Virus record (IMG/VR): IMGVR_UViG_3300050821_007764
Location: 1-64,000 of that record
Reading direction: 5' to 3' (one strand)
DNA: 64,000 nt
Source: a virus
The notes beneath the pieces were generated by a model. The model saw only the letters and a list, made by a program, of their open reading frames with translations, did not search any database and was not told the DNA's origin. A program made the position numbers and the translations under genes. This document shows, piece after piece, positions 45,594-54,314 of the stretch (positions are counted from its first letter, which is position 1; each line of letters starts with the position of its first letter).

Positions 45594-47342
45594 TTGCCAC
45601 TCGCTGAACTCAATGCCGCCAAGAACCGCATTGACGTCACAACTGCGTACACAGACAGGGAGCAGGTCAGCCAGCTTCCCGGGGCCCGCTACGACCGCAG
45701 CGACAAGACCTGGACCGCCCCGGTCAGCTGGGCCAGCTGCCTCATTCTGCGGGGACTGTTCGGGGACACCCTGGAAATCGGACCACTGTTGCATCACTGG
45801 ACCTGGGTCGAATACCGCAAACGCGTCGGACCGGCTCTGCGCCTGCGGGACGTCCTGAAAGACACCACACCATTCCCCGAGCTGGACGCAGTGGAGGAGG
45901 GCAGTACGTTGAAGCTCTACCCCTACCAGCGTGTGGACGCCGCCTTCTTGACTGTCAACCGGCGTGCGCTCCTGGCCCAGCCGATGGGATTGGGCAAGGG
46001 ACCAGTCGCTATTCGTACACTCCAGGTTCTCGCGTACCGGGGAATGAACCCTTTTCCGGCACTGGTCGTCTGCCCGAACAGCCTCAAATACACCGTGTGG
46101 GCGCGGGAATTGGAACGCTGGGCACCCGAACTCGTGGTGCAGGTCGTGGACGGATCAGCCGTCAAGCGCCGCAAACAGCTCACCGAACCTGTAGATGTGC
46201 TGGTGATCAACTGGGAGGGCCTCAAGTTGCACTCCCGTGTCTCCGGTTATGGCACCATCGCGCTCTCCGACAAGGACAAGGAGGAGAAGGAACTCAACGC
46301 GATGGGCTTGCGGTCCGTCATCTTTGACGAGGTCCACAAAATCAAGGACCCCCACGCACAGCAGACCCGGGCTGCCTGGCAGCTCGCCCACAACGCCGAG
46401 TACTGCTTCGGTCTGACCGGAACACCCGTCGGCAACAACATTGGCGATTTGTGGTCCATCATGCATGCCATTGAGAAGGACTGGTTCCCTCGGCGTACGA
46501 AGTTCCTGGACCGCTACGCCAAGACCGCCCTCAACTACTTCGGTGGCCACGAGATCCTCGGCATCAACCCGCACACCAAAGCCGAACTGTTCTCCATCAC
46601 CGACCCGTTGATGCGCCGCGTACTGAAAGAGGCGGCACTCCCCCAGCTCCCGCCGAAACTGCCCGTGGCGTACCGGCACACGCCGCTGACCGCCAAGCAG
46701 GCCAAGGCGTACAAGGAGATGGAAAGCTCCATGATCGCCCGCCTCAACGAGATCCTGGTCGCCCCCTCGCCACTGGCCGCTCTCACCCGGTTGTTCCAGT
46801 TCGCCGCCGCCGCAGCGGAGATCGACGAGAAGGGCCGCGTCCGATTGTCAGTGCCGTCCCCTAAGGTGGACGACATGGTGGAGCTGCTGGAGGAGATGGG
46901 GGAAGAACCCCTGGTTGTGGCCGCTGTGAGTCGTCAGCTGATCGAGCTGGCGGCGGAGCGGCTGACCAAGCTGAAGATCCCCCACGGCCTGATCACCGGG
47001 GCCCAGGGATCGGCTCTCCGGGCCCAGGCGGTCGATGAGTTCCAGGCCGGTCAGACGCGGGTGATGCTGATGACGATCGGGGCCGGGGCCGAGGGGATCA
47101 CGCTCACCCGGGCGTCCACGATGCTTTTCATGCAGCGGGATTTTTCTGAAATCAAGAATGCCCAGTCGGAAGATCGCGTTCACAGAATCGGGTCAGAACG
47201 GCACTCCGCCATTCAGATCATTGATCAGATCACACCCGGTACGGTGGAGGAGCGTAAGCTTGATCTCCTGGCTGTGAAGCAGGGCCGCATGGAGGAAATT
47301 GTCCGGGACAAGGACTCGCTCCTGAAATTGCTGGGGCGGTGA
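45594..47342 (+). CDS. SNF2-family helicase
   Basis: MGLGKG, DEVH, LTGTP, EGITLT, QSEDRVHRIG. Confidence 0.92.
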   Translation: MPLAELNAAKNRIDVTTAYTDREQVSQLPGARYDRSDKTWTAPVSWASCLILRGLFGDTLEIGPLLHHWTWVEYRKRVGPALRLRDVLKDTTPFPELDAVEEGSTLKLYPYQRVDAAFLTVNRRALLAQPMGLGKGPVAIRTLQVLAYRGMNPFPALVVCPNSLKYTVWARELERWAPELVVQVVDGSAVKRRKQLTEPVDVLVINWEGLKLHSRVSGYGTIALSDKDKEEKELNAMGLRSVIFDEVHKIKDPHAQQTRAAWQLAHNAEYCFGLTGTPVGNNIGDLWSIMHAIEKDWFPRRTKFLDRYAKTALNYFGGHEILGINPHTKAELFSITDPLMRRVLKEAALPQLPPKLPVAYRHTPLTAKQAKAYKEMESSMIARLNEILVAPSPLAALTRLFQFAAAAAEIDEKGRVRLSVPSPKVDDMVELLEEMGEEPLVVAAVSRQLIELAAERLTKLKIPHGLITGAQGSALRAQAVDEFQAGQTRVMLMTIGAGAEGITLTRASTMLFMQRDFSEIKNAQSEDRVHRIGSERHSAIQIIDQITPGTVEERKLDLLAVKQGRMEEIVRDKDSLLKLLGR

Positions 47343-47343
47343 A

Positions 47344-48306
47344 ATGAGCAATCTCGTCCTGAGCAATTCGACAATACAGCAGTTCAAGAACTGCAAAAGG
47401 TCGTACTACCTCCGCTACTACCGGCAGCTTGCCACACCGAAACGCCGCCACAATCCCTGCGCCGTCACGGAGATCGGCACACGTGTCCACACCATCCTTG
47501 AGGCGTACTACGGATACGACGTCCCCGTGTCCACGGCACTGAGCATCATCTACAACGCCGCCGCCGTCGAATACCCCGACCACGCCGACCAACTGGACGA
47601 GGAAGCCGTCCTCACCGAGATCATGGTGAACGGATGGTTCGAATGGGCGGCCGAGCACGGTATCGACGAAGCATTCGAAGTCGTCTCCACCGAGCAGACC
47701 ATTTCCACCGAGATGGACATCGGCGGCGGCCGGAGCGTCACCCTGATCGGGAAGTTCGACCAGCAGGTACGGCGGCGGTTTGACGATGTCCTCCTGTTCA
47801 GAGACTGGAAGACGACCGGCAACCTTTCCAAGGTCGACGACCTGGTACGCGACGAGCAGTTCCGCTTCTACTCCATGCTCTGGTCCCTTGCGGCCCCCGA
47901 GGGAGAGCGCGTCGGAGGCGGTCTGTACACCCAGCTCCGCCGGTCCAAGCAGTCCGAACGCTCCAAGGGCCCGTACTACCAGCAGACCTCCGTCTCCTAC
48001 AACCGGCACGACCTCAACTCCATGTGGCTGCGCACGCGGGAGATCGCCATCGAGATCGACCGGTTCCACCAGCGCCTGGACAACGGGGAGAACTTCCTCG
48101 CCGTTGCCTATCCACACCCGTCCATGACCTGCTCATGGATGTGCCCGTTCGTCAATGTGTGCCATATGGCGGATGACGGGTCACGGTTCGAGGATGCGCT
48201 GAACAATCTGTATGAATCGAAGGATCCATATTATTACTACGGAACAGAAGGCATCGACTTGATCAAGGAAGTCATGGGAATCAAGGAGGAACCCCGTGAG
48301 CAGTGA
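47344..48306 (+). CDS. PD-(D/E)XK exonuclease (RecB/Cas4-like)
   Basis: C..Y, GTRVHTILE, GKFD..RDWKT, CSWMCPF..C. Confidence 0.88.
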   Translation: MSNLVLSNSTIQQFKNCKRSYYLRYYRQLATPKRRHNPCAVTEIGTRVHTILEAYYGYDVPVSTALSIIYNAAAVEYPDHADQLDEEAVLTEIMVNGWFEWAAEHGIDEAFEVVSTEQTISTEMDIGGGRSVTLIGKFDQQVRRRFDDVLLFRDWKTTGNLSKVDDLVRDEQFRFYSMLWSLAAPEGERVGGGLYTQLRRSKQSERSKGPYYQQTSVSYNRHDLNSMWLRTREIAIEIDRFHQRLDNGENFLAVAYPHPSMTCSWMCPFVNVCHMADDGSRFEDALNNLYESKDPYYYYGTEGIDLIKEVMGIKEEPREQ

Positions 48307-49057
48307 GCACCTCGGAATCTCCGTCATCGTCCACGGCCCCGCAAAATCCGGAAAATCCCACCTGGCAGACACCATGCCAGCTCCCCGCCTGGTCCTCGAC
48401 TCAGAAATGGGCAGCCGGTTCACACCCAGCAAGAAAAAGGTCTGGGACCCGGCAAAAGAAGCACCACCCGTCGCCGACGGCACCTGGGAAACGTGCATCG
48501 TCTACGTGCGCGACTACCGCTCCGTGCTGAAAGCGTACGAATGGCTCGACAGCGGAAAGCACCCCTTCCGATCCGTCGCGATTGACTCAATTTCCGAGAC
48601 TCAGCAGCGGGCCATCGACAGCCTCGCCGGAATCCAGCAGCCCACCCAGCAGGAATGGGGAACCCTCCTGCGGCAGGTTTCCGACCTCGTACGCCGCTTC
48701 CGGGACCTCACCACCAACCCGGTCAAACCGCTGGACGCCGTGGTGTTCATCGCCATGACCAAGCAGGGCCGGGACGGCGACGCAACCTGGCGTCCGCACG
48801 TCCAGGGGTCGCTGGCCACGACCCTCCCTTACTACTCGGATATCGTCGGCTACCTGTGCAACACCCAGGGAGTGGACGGCACCTCGGTCCGGCGGCTGTT
48901 CGTCGGACCAGTCAACGGCTTCGAGACGGGTGAGCGCGTCGGCGGACGGCTCGGCACCCACATCGACAACCCCAACGTCACCGAGATGCTCGCCCGCGTC
49001 CGCGAGTGCAGCGTCGAAGACGTCCTCGGAACCACCAGCAAAAAGGAGCTGAAGTGA
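48296..49057 (+). CDS. Sak4-like AAA ATPase (annealase)
   Basis: HGPAKSGKS, LDSE, VAIDSISE. Confidence 0.85.
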   Translation: MSSEHLGISVIVHGPAKSGKSHLADTMPAPRLVLDSEMGSRFTPSKKKVWDPAKEAPPVADGTWETCIVYVRDYRSVLKAYEWLDSGKHPFRSVAIDSISETQQRAIDSLAGIQQPTQQEWGTLLRQVSDLVRRFRDLTTNPVKPLDAVVFIAMTKQGRDGDATWRPHVQGSLATTLPYYSDIVGYLCNTQGVDGTSVRRLFVGPVNGFETGERVGGRLGTHIDNPNVTEMLARVRECSVEDVLGTTSKKELK

Positions 49058-49623
49058 GCGTTCTCCCCTGGCAGGACATCCGCACCGCGATGAAGGAGGG
49101 CAACGGCAAGACCCGCGTCCCCGACGGCCAGTACGACTGCAAGATCGCTTCGACTGAGCTCGGGCAGACCAGCGGCGGCTACGAGAAGGTCCGCGCCCGC
49201 TTCGTGGTCCTGTCGGGCCCGTACGAGGGCGGCAGCATCTTCATGGACTTCGTCGTCACCGTGGACAAGCCGGGCGGCCTCAGCATGCTGGGCGAGCGCC
49301 TCGCAGTCCTGGGCATCACGGAGGACATGCTGACCGATGACCTCAAGATGGCTGGCCTGGCCACCATGATGATTGGGCGTACCGCCCAGCTTCGTCTGGG
49401 TACGCGCACCTTCAATGACAAGGAGTACGACAACGTCACGTCGATCAAGCCCCTCGCCGCTCCAGGTGGTGGGTTCTCGTTCGGGGAGCCGGTCCCGTAC
49501 GCCACACCAGCCGTAGGGGTGCCGTCGGTCCCGGGGGACAGCACGCCGGTTCCGGCCGGGTTCTCCTCCCTGGTCCCAGGCTCTCCGGCCGGTGATGACC
49601 TGCCTCCGGAGCCGCCGTTCTGA
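49054..49623 (+). CDS. DUF669-like single-stranded DNA-binding protein
   Basis: VPDGQYDCKI..GPYEG; PPEPPF tail; follows Sak4. Confidence 0.75.
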   Translation: MSVLPWQDIRTAMKEGNGKTRVPDGQYDCKIASTELGQTSGGYEKVRARFVVLSGPYEGGSIFMDFVVTVDKPGGLSMLGERLAVLGITEDMLTDDLKMAGLATMMIGRTAQLRLGTRTFNDKEYDNVTSIKPLAAPGGGFSFGEPVPYATPAVGVPSVPGDSTPVPAGFSSLVPGSPAGDDLPPEPPF

Positions 49624-49683
49624 TAGTCTCTGGGGTGCTGGTCCTGCATAGAATCCAGTGATGGAGAGCCGGGACCAGCACCT

Positions 49684-49757
49684 CGGGACGTAGCTCAGCC
49701 TGGTAGAGCATCCGCTTTGGGAGCGGAGGGCCGTCGGTTCGACTCCGGCCATCCCGA
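49684..49757 (+). tRNA. tRNA-Pro(TGG)
   Basis: cloverleaf, loop TTTGGGA. Confidence 0.92.
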
Positions 49758-49829
49758 CAGGAGGGGCTTCAAGGCGATGTGGAACCGGGTCGTCACGGCC
49801 CCTATCTCGCACCAGGGAACCGGTTCACT

Positions 49830-49902
49830 GCCCCTTTGGCCAAGCTGGTAAGGCACCGTACTCGTAATACGGAGATCGCTGGTTCAAGTCCAGCAGGGGG
49901 CT
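49830..49902 (+). tRNA. tRNA-Thr(CGT)
   Basis: cloverleaf, loop CTCGTAA. Confidence 0.92.
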
Positions 49903-49903
49903 C

Positions 49904-49986
49904 GCGCTCGTGGCGGAATGGCCTACGCGTCACCCTCAAAAGGTGGTCCTCTGCGGAGGGTGTGGGTTCGAATCCCACCGGGCGTA
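49904..49986 (+). tRNA. tRNA-Leu(CAA), long variable arm
   Basis: cloverleaf, loop CTCAAAA. Confidence 0.92.
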
Positions 49987-49992
49987 CGAGAG

Positions 49993-50021
49993 TTGACACA
50001 CCCGTCAGATGTGGGTAGTGT
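49993..50021 (+). promoter_or_regulatory. HrdB-type promoter
   Basis: TTGACA-N17-TAGTGT. Confidence 0.75.
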
Positions 50022-50069
50022 TCTACTCATCAGCCCGCAGGGGGCAGCAGGAACAGGAAAGAGGCACCC

Positions 50070-50702
50070 ATGGACATGGAAGACTTCGCCACGCGGTACG
50101 CCGAGCGGGCGTCGGATCTGACCGATCGGTGGAACGAGGCCAGGGAGGCATCCCAGTGTGGGTATGACCACGCCGAGGAAGAGGCGCGGGTACGCCGCAC
50201 CGAGGCCCGCAGGGCACTCGATGCGGCGTACATCACGGAGACCGACGAAGCGGAAAAGGTCCGCAGCGCAGCCCGCAGCGTGGCGGACGCCCGGCTCGCC
50301 GAGGACACCGAGGCCCTGATCCAGGAGCTGACCGGCAACGGCGGGGACGATGTCAGGCTCGCCGCCTGGATGATCAAGGCTGGCTGGTGGAGGCGCTTCC
50401 CTGAACACTGCACCCAGATCATCGAGGCCATGCCCATGACCTTCGAGCAGTTCCAGGGGTTCAAGGAGCAGCACAGCCCGGCCTGGTGCTCCGACTACGA
50501 CATCTTCCTCAGCAACGCGCTCCAGGCTGGTGTCATCCCCGGCGTCACCCCGCTGGCCGGTGCCATGTACGTGATGCAGCAGGCCATCGCCAAGGCTGAC
50601 ATCTACAGCTCTGACCGCCGCCCCCTGACGGCCGCCTTCGAGCAGCTCGCGGCCCTTCTCCCGCAGACCGCCGACGCCGTCACGGAGAAGTCCGAGGCGT
50701 GA
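50070..50702 (+). CDS. hypothetical protein
   Basis: promoter, CAGGAA leader, RBS. Confidence 0.75.
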   Translation: MDMEDFATRYAERASDLTDRWNEAREASQCGYDHAEEEARVRRTEARRALDAAYITETDEAEKVRSAARSVADARLAEDTEALIQELTGNGGDDVRLAAWMIKAGWWRRFPEHCTQIIEAMPMTFEQFQGFKEQHSPAWCSDYDIFLSNALQAGVIPGVTPLAGAMYVMQQAIAKADIYSSDRRPLTAAFEQLAALLPQTADAVTEKSEA

Positions 50703-50772
50703 CACCCCGTGACCGCCCGGCCGACACTCTGAGGGGGGTGTCGGCCGGACAACCACCATGGTACAATTCAGT

Positions 50773-50846
50773 GGCGGGGTAGGACAGTTCGGTAGTCCGC
50801 TGGGCTCATAACCCAGAAGTCGCAGGTTCAAATCCTGTCCCCGCCA
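50773..50846 (+). tRNA. tRNA-Met(CAT), initiator-like anticodon stem but G1-C72 paired
   Basis: CTGGG-CTCATAA-CCCAG. Confidence 0.92.
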
Positions 50847-50972
50847 CCGAGTCCCGGTCAGCTGCTCACTCCCAGCTGACCGGGACTTTCCACGTTTGAC
50901 CCTTGACACACGGAGTGCAACACCGCTAAGCTGACGGCATACCGAAGGAACAGGAAAGAGAAGGGTACACTC

Positions 50973-51638
50973 ATGAGCGCCGTGCACACCAATGTCATCG
51001 ACCTCGAAGCCGAGCAGCGGGCCCGCAGGGGCATCCTCATGGGTCGAGGACGGCACCGCCGCACCCCCGAGTCGTGGAAGGCCATGCTCCGGGACCTCAC
51101 CGAGATGCAGACCGACCGGGACCGGCTCACCGAGGAACGCGACCAGGCACGCCAGGAAGCCGCAAAGCTGCGGGCCAGCAGCACGGACATGGCGCAGGAG
51201 GTGCGCGCGATGCGCCGGGAACTCGCCCACCTGCGGGCCCTCATGACTCCCGACCGGGACAACCCCGTCAACCAGACCACCCACGTCTTCACCATGCCCG
51301 AGCGCCCCCGCGACGAGGACGACCCGGCCGAGGTGAGTACGCACCCCATCTCCGTCAGCGACCTCTTCGGCGACGCGGAACCGACGGTGCCTCTGGACAT
51401 CCGCACCATGCGCCCCGTGGTCACCGTCCACCCCATCCCGGCCGACGACCCGCCCATGCCGGACCACGAACCCCGGACGCCGGACGGCCAGGCCGGACCC
51501 AGGCTGGTCCAGCGGCTGCGTACCGGCTTCAACAGCGCCTCGGAGCGCGTGCAGCACGACACGACCGAGATGCAAATCCTCAACCTGTGGGACAGCCCGC
51601 AGGCAAAGACGCGGACCGACGCGCAACGCACCGCCTGA
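50973..51638 (+). CDS. coiled-coil hypothetical protein
   Basis: promoter 50903-50932, RBS. Confidence 0.75.
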   Translation: MSAVHTNVIDLEAEQRARRGILMGRGRHRRTPESWKAMLRDLTEMQTDRDRLTEERDQARQEAAKLRASSTDMAQEVRAMRRELAHLRALMTPDRDNPVNQTTHVFTMPERPRDEDDPAEVSTHPISVSDLFGDAEPTVPLDIRTMRPVVTVHPIPADDPPMPDHEPRTPDGQAGPRLVQRLRTGFNSASERVQHDTTEMQILNLWDSPQAKTRTDAQRTA

Positions 51639-51684
51639 CCTGCGGTTTGTGCTACAATGAGAGCGCAGGACAGGGGACGTACTG

Positions 51685-52122
51685 ATGGAAAAGCAAGACG
51701 CGGTCATCTTCGACTACCAGGGCACGCTGGTCGACGTGCGCGGAATCCGGCACCTCATCGACGGGCCCGGAAGCTTCGACGCCTTCCATCTGGCCACCGT
51801 GAACTGCCTCCCGATCACGTGGGTCACCGCCGCAGCCAGCAAGGCCCACGAAGACGGGCTCATTGTCCTGGTCGGCACCGGCATGAACGATCCGTACCGG
51901 CGGCACCTGGACTGGTGGCTCGCTGATCACGGGGTCCATGCGGACGACGTGCAGATGCGGGTTGACAAGGACTACCGCAAGGACTTCATTGTCAAGCGGG
52001 AGATGCTGGAACGCTGGCGGCAGAAGTACAACATCATCAGGGCGTACGACGATCGACCAGAGATATGTGATCTCTGGGAGTCGGAAGGAATTCCGGTCAT
52101 CATGGTTCCAGGTTGGGAGTAA
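51685..52122 (+). CDS. HAD-family phosphatase (PNKP phosphatase-like; DxQ variant)
   Basis: IFDYQGTLVD, TG, MR..D..D..VK, YDDRP. Confidence 0.85.
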   Translation: MEKQDAVIFDYQGTLVDVRGIRHLIDGPGSFDAFHLATVNCLPITWVTAAASKAHEDGLIVLVGTGMNDPYRRHLDWWLADHGVHADDVQMRVDKDYRKDFIVKREMLERWRQKYNIIRAYDDRPEICDLWESEGIPVIMVPGWE

Positions 52123-52130
52123 ATTCGCGG

Positions 52131-52859
52131 ATGGCTCACCAGGAATTTACCGACGCAGAAGCCATTGATATCTTGGCGTTGCATGAAGAAGGTTTCAGCA
52201 ACATCGTGATAGCCGAACGGCTTGGTTTTGAGCGTCATCGTGTCGGTTACTTTCTCAGGAGCAAGGGTCTGCGATCCACAAGGCGTCGTCAAGCAATCAT
52301 TATGGTGGACGACGTAAATGCATGTTGCACTAAGTGCGAAAAGATCGTACCTCGATCGGATCTTCCTTGGGGAAGAGTAACTGCGTTCTCTTACCAGCTC
52401 TCTTACTGCCGTAGGTGCTTGACGGACGCGACCATAAAGAATATTTCAAGCTCTGTGCCACAGTATCTACGACACAGGGAGCGTGCGCTTAAGGCCAGGG
52501 CGAAACGTGCGGGCATAACGTATGACCTCCCGGGCGGATATTTGTACGATCTCTATGCATTGCAGCAGGGGTTGTGTTTCTACACGGATGAGCAAATGAA
52601 AATCTATTTTGGGACAGAAAAAAGTGGTTCCCGTAGAGATTCGCTATCCGTTGACAAAATCATCCCCGAGCTGGGATATGTACCGTATAACGTGGTTCTT
52701 TGCATCGCTCGCGCAAATGCAGTAAAGTACAACTGCACCCTGCAAGAAATAAAAGAATGGCTGCCCGGTTGGTACATCCGGCTGTTGCCTAAGATCGAAG
52801 CATTGGAAATCGAGGGCACCCCCTACACGGTGGTGCCCGGATGGGACGGACCGACGTGA
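52131..52859 (+). CDS. putative zinc-binding homing endonuclease, lower GC
   Basis: N-terminal HTH, CTKC/CRRC, QQGLCFYT..SVDKI..GY..NVVLC..N. Confidence 0.7.
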   Translation: MAHQEFTDAEAIDILALHEEGFSNIVIAERLGFERHRVGYFLRSKGLRSTRRRQAIIMVDDVNACCTKCEKIVPRSDLPWGRVTAFSYQLSYCRRCLTDATIKNISSSVPQYLRHRERALKARAKRAGITYDLPGGYLYDLYALQQGLCFYTDEQMKIYFGTEKSGSRRDSLSVDKIIPELGYVPYNVVLCIARANAVKYNCTLQEIKEWLPGWYIRLLPKIEALEIEGTPYTVVPGWDGPT

Positions 52860-53053
52860 CGGACATCGGACTCGTAGAGGCGCTCAATGCCTGCGAGTCA
52901 CAGCACGAACCCGGGCAGGACGAGGCGGGGACAGCATGGTGGCAGAAGCTGCTCCTGCTGCTGGCTATCCTCGCTGCGGTGAGCGCCGGGGTGGCAGGGA
53001 TTTGCTATCTGACGGCGTGGATGACCTTGCACATACTGTTCGGCGGCTGGTAG
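52856..53053 (+). CDS. small membrane protein
   Basis: GTGA overlap, hydrophobic C-half. Confidence 0.6.
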   Translation: MTDIGLVEALNACESQHEPGQDEAGTAWWQKLLLLLAILAAVSAGVAGICYLTAWMTLHILFGGW

Positions 53054-53099
53054 AGTTCCACTAGTCGTACAGGGGCGGGAAAAGGAAAGAAGGACCATC

Positions 53100-53351
53100 G
53101 TGGGACACACGCGCATCACCAACAGCGATCGTGGGGCCAGCGTCATCGGCCAGGGCGCACACCCGGACACCGGCCGCAGCCTCAACGGCAGGCGGGGCAA
53201 GGTTGTGGATGTCAAAGATCACTTCGGCGAGGAGCTCGTCGGTGTGAGGTGGGAGGGCTCCAGCGAGGTCGACTACGTCCGACAGCGCAACGTCTCCGGA
53301 ACCGGCCCGTCCGAGGAAACACTCCCCCAGCACCAGCGGCGGAAGCGGTAG
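53100..53351 (+). CDS. hypothetical protein (SH3-like)
   Basis: RBS, GTG. Confidence 0.65.
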   Translation: MGHTRITNSDRGASVIGQGAHPDTGRSLNGRRGKVVDVKDHFGEELVGVRWEGSSEVDYVRQRNVSGTGPSEETLPQHQRRKR

Positions 53352-53364
53352 GATCCAGAAGCAT

Positions 53365-53444
53365 GCCGCGTTCGGTCTAGGAAGACCAGGCTGCCTGTAA
53401 AGCAGCTGCCTCCGGCTAACCAGGATCGATACCTGGGCGCGGCA
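53365..53444 (+). tRNA. atypical tRNA-Tyr(GTA)
   Basis: GCTGC-CTGTAAA-GCAGC; 6-nt D loop; T loop ATCGATA. Confidence 0.75.
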
Positions 53445-53446
53445 CG

Positions 53447-53523
53447 GAATACCCTGGGTGCACAGGCCCTACTAAGACGGGTCGACTGCTGGAGGAGGCG
53501 GGCATTGACCGCCCAGGGTATTC
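53447..53523 (+). ncRNA. structured RNA motif, copy 1 (CCCTACTAAGA element)
   Basis: 14-bp closing stem; shared core with 55155-55231. Confidence 0.65.
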
Positions 53524-53544
53524 TTCGTCCCACAACTCAAGACT

Positions 53545-53721
53545 CCCGCCCCTCGAAGTGGCCAGCGACTGCTACAGCTGGCTCCCGGTCAACCGGCCAG
53601 ACCGGCAGACGAGAAGGCGGGTCCCGGTTCCGCTGCTGCACTCCCGCATCCGAGTGCGGTGATCTACTGGACACAGGTCTCGCCGACTTCCCCCGTCGGT
53701 GATGAGTGCAGTAGCGGAACC
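53545..53721 (+). ncRNA. two multibranch structured elements
   Basis: CCCGCC/GGCGGG closing two hairpins; 18-bp stem 53626-43/53704-21 closing three hairpins. Confidence 0.55.
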
Positions 53722-53729
53722 CTGAACGG

Positions 53730-53803
53730 GGGCCTGTAGCTCAACTGGTCAGAGCATCGGACTTTTAATCCGAGGGTTGCGGGTTCGAGACCCGCCGGGC
53801 CTA
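53730..53803 (+). tRNA. tRNA-Lys(TTT)
   Basis: cloverleaf, loop CTTTTAA. Confidence 0.93.
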
Positions 53804-53824
53804 CGCGCGGAAGGAGAAGGAAAG

Positions 53825-54004
53825 ATGGTCGAGAACGATCCCAGTGAAGCCATCGCAGGGGCGACCCAGGAGGAACTGGACGCCCTTCAGCGGGCCTACG
53901 AGAAATCCCATCAAGAAGGGACGCTCGCCAGGATCGACCTGGAGCAGAAGCTCCGGCAGGACGCACGGCGCAACAAGGAAAAACCCAAGGGCAACCACCC
54001 TTGA
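53825..54004 (+). CDS. small hypothetical protein
   Basis: RBS, ATG. Confidence 0.6.
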   Translation: MVENDPSEAIAGATQEELDALQRAYEKSHQEGTLARIDLEQKLRQDARRNKEKPKGNHP

Positions 54005-54010
54005 CACGAT

Positions 54011-54127
54011 GGGGCTGCCAGTGGTGAGTACAGCAGACGGCACCGAAACGTCCGTACGGCCGGTGAATACCGTCAACTCACCCGGAGGGGGCGCGCGACT
54101 GCGGGTTCGAATCCCGCCAGCTCCACC
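54011..54127 (+). ncRNA. mini-tmRNA-like / D-arm-less tRNA-like RNA with G3-U70
   Basis: GGGGCTG..GCGGGTTCGAATCCCGC-CAGCTCC-ACC. Confidence 0.75.
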
Positions 54128-54314
54128 GGTTCCCGCTGCATAAAGCACAGTAGGAACCACCGGGTCCAGCCGTGAGGTGGCTGGACCCACCCGGGGCCGC
54201 AGGTTGCCAAGGGAGTCCTGATCCGCTCCCCCAAGATCCCTTCAATGGGACTGGCCCCACCGAGCAAAGTATGCTAAAGTAGGACGAAGAACAGGAAGAA
54301 GGAAGCTGAATCTC

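Noticed and set aside
47344-48306. Cas4 as evidence of CRISPR-Cas
   Set aside because: Sits between helicase and Sak4/SSB, the usual phage recombination exonuclease context
53447-53523. HDV-like (theta) or hammerhead ribozyme after tRNA-Tyr
   Set aside because: Could not place the nested double pseudoknot or CUGANGA/GAAA cores by eye
54011-54127. Full-length tmRNA (ssrA)
   Set aside because: Only about 117 nt, with no pseudoknots or tag reading frame; kept as a mimic
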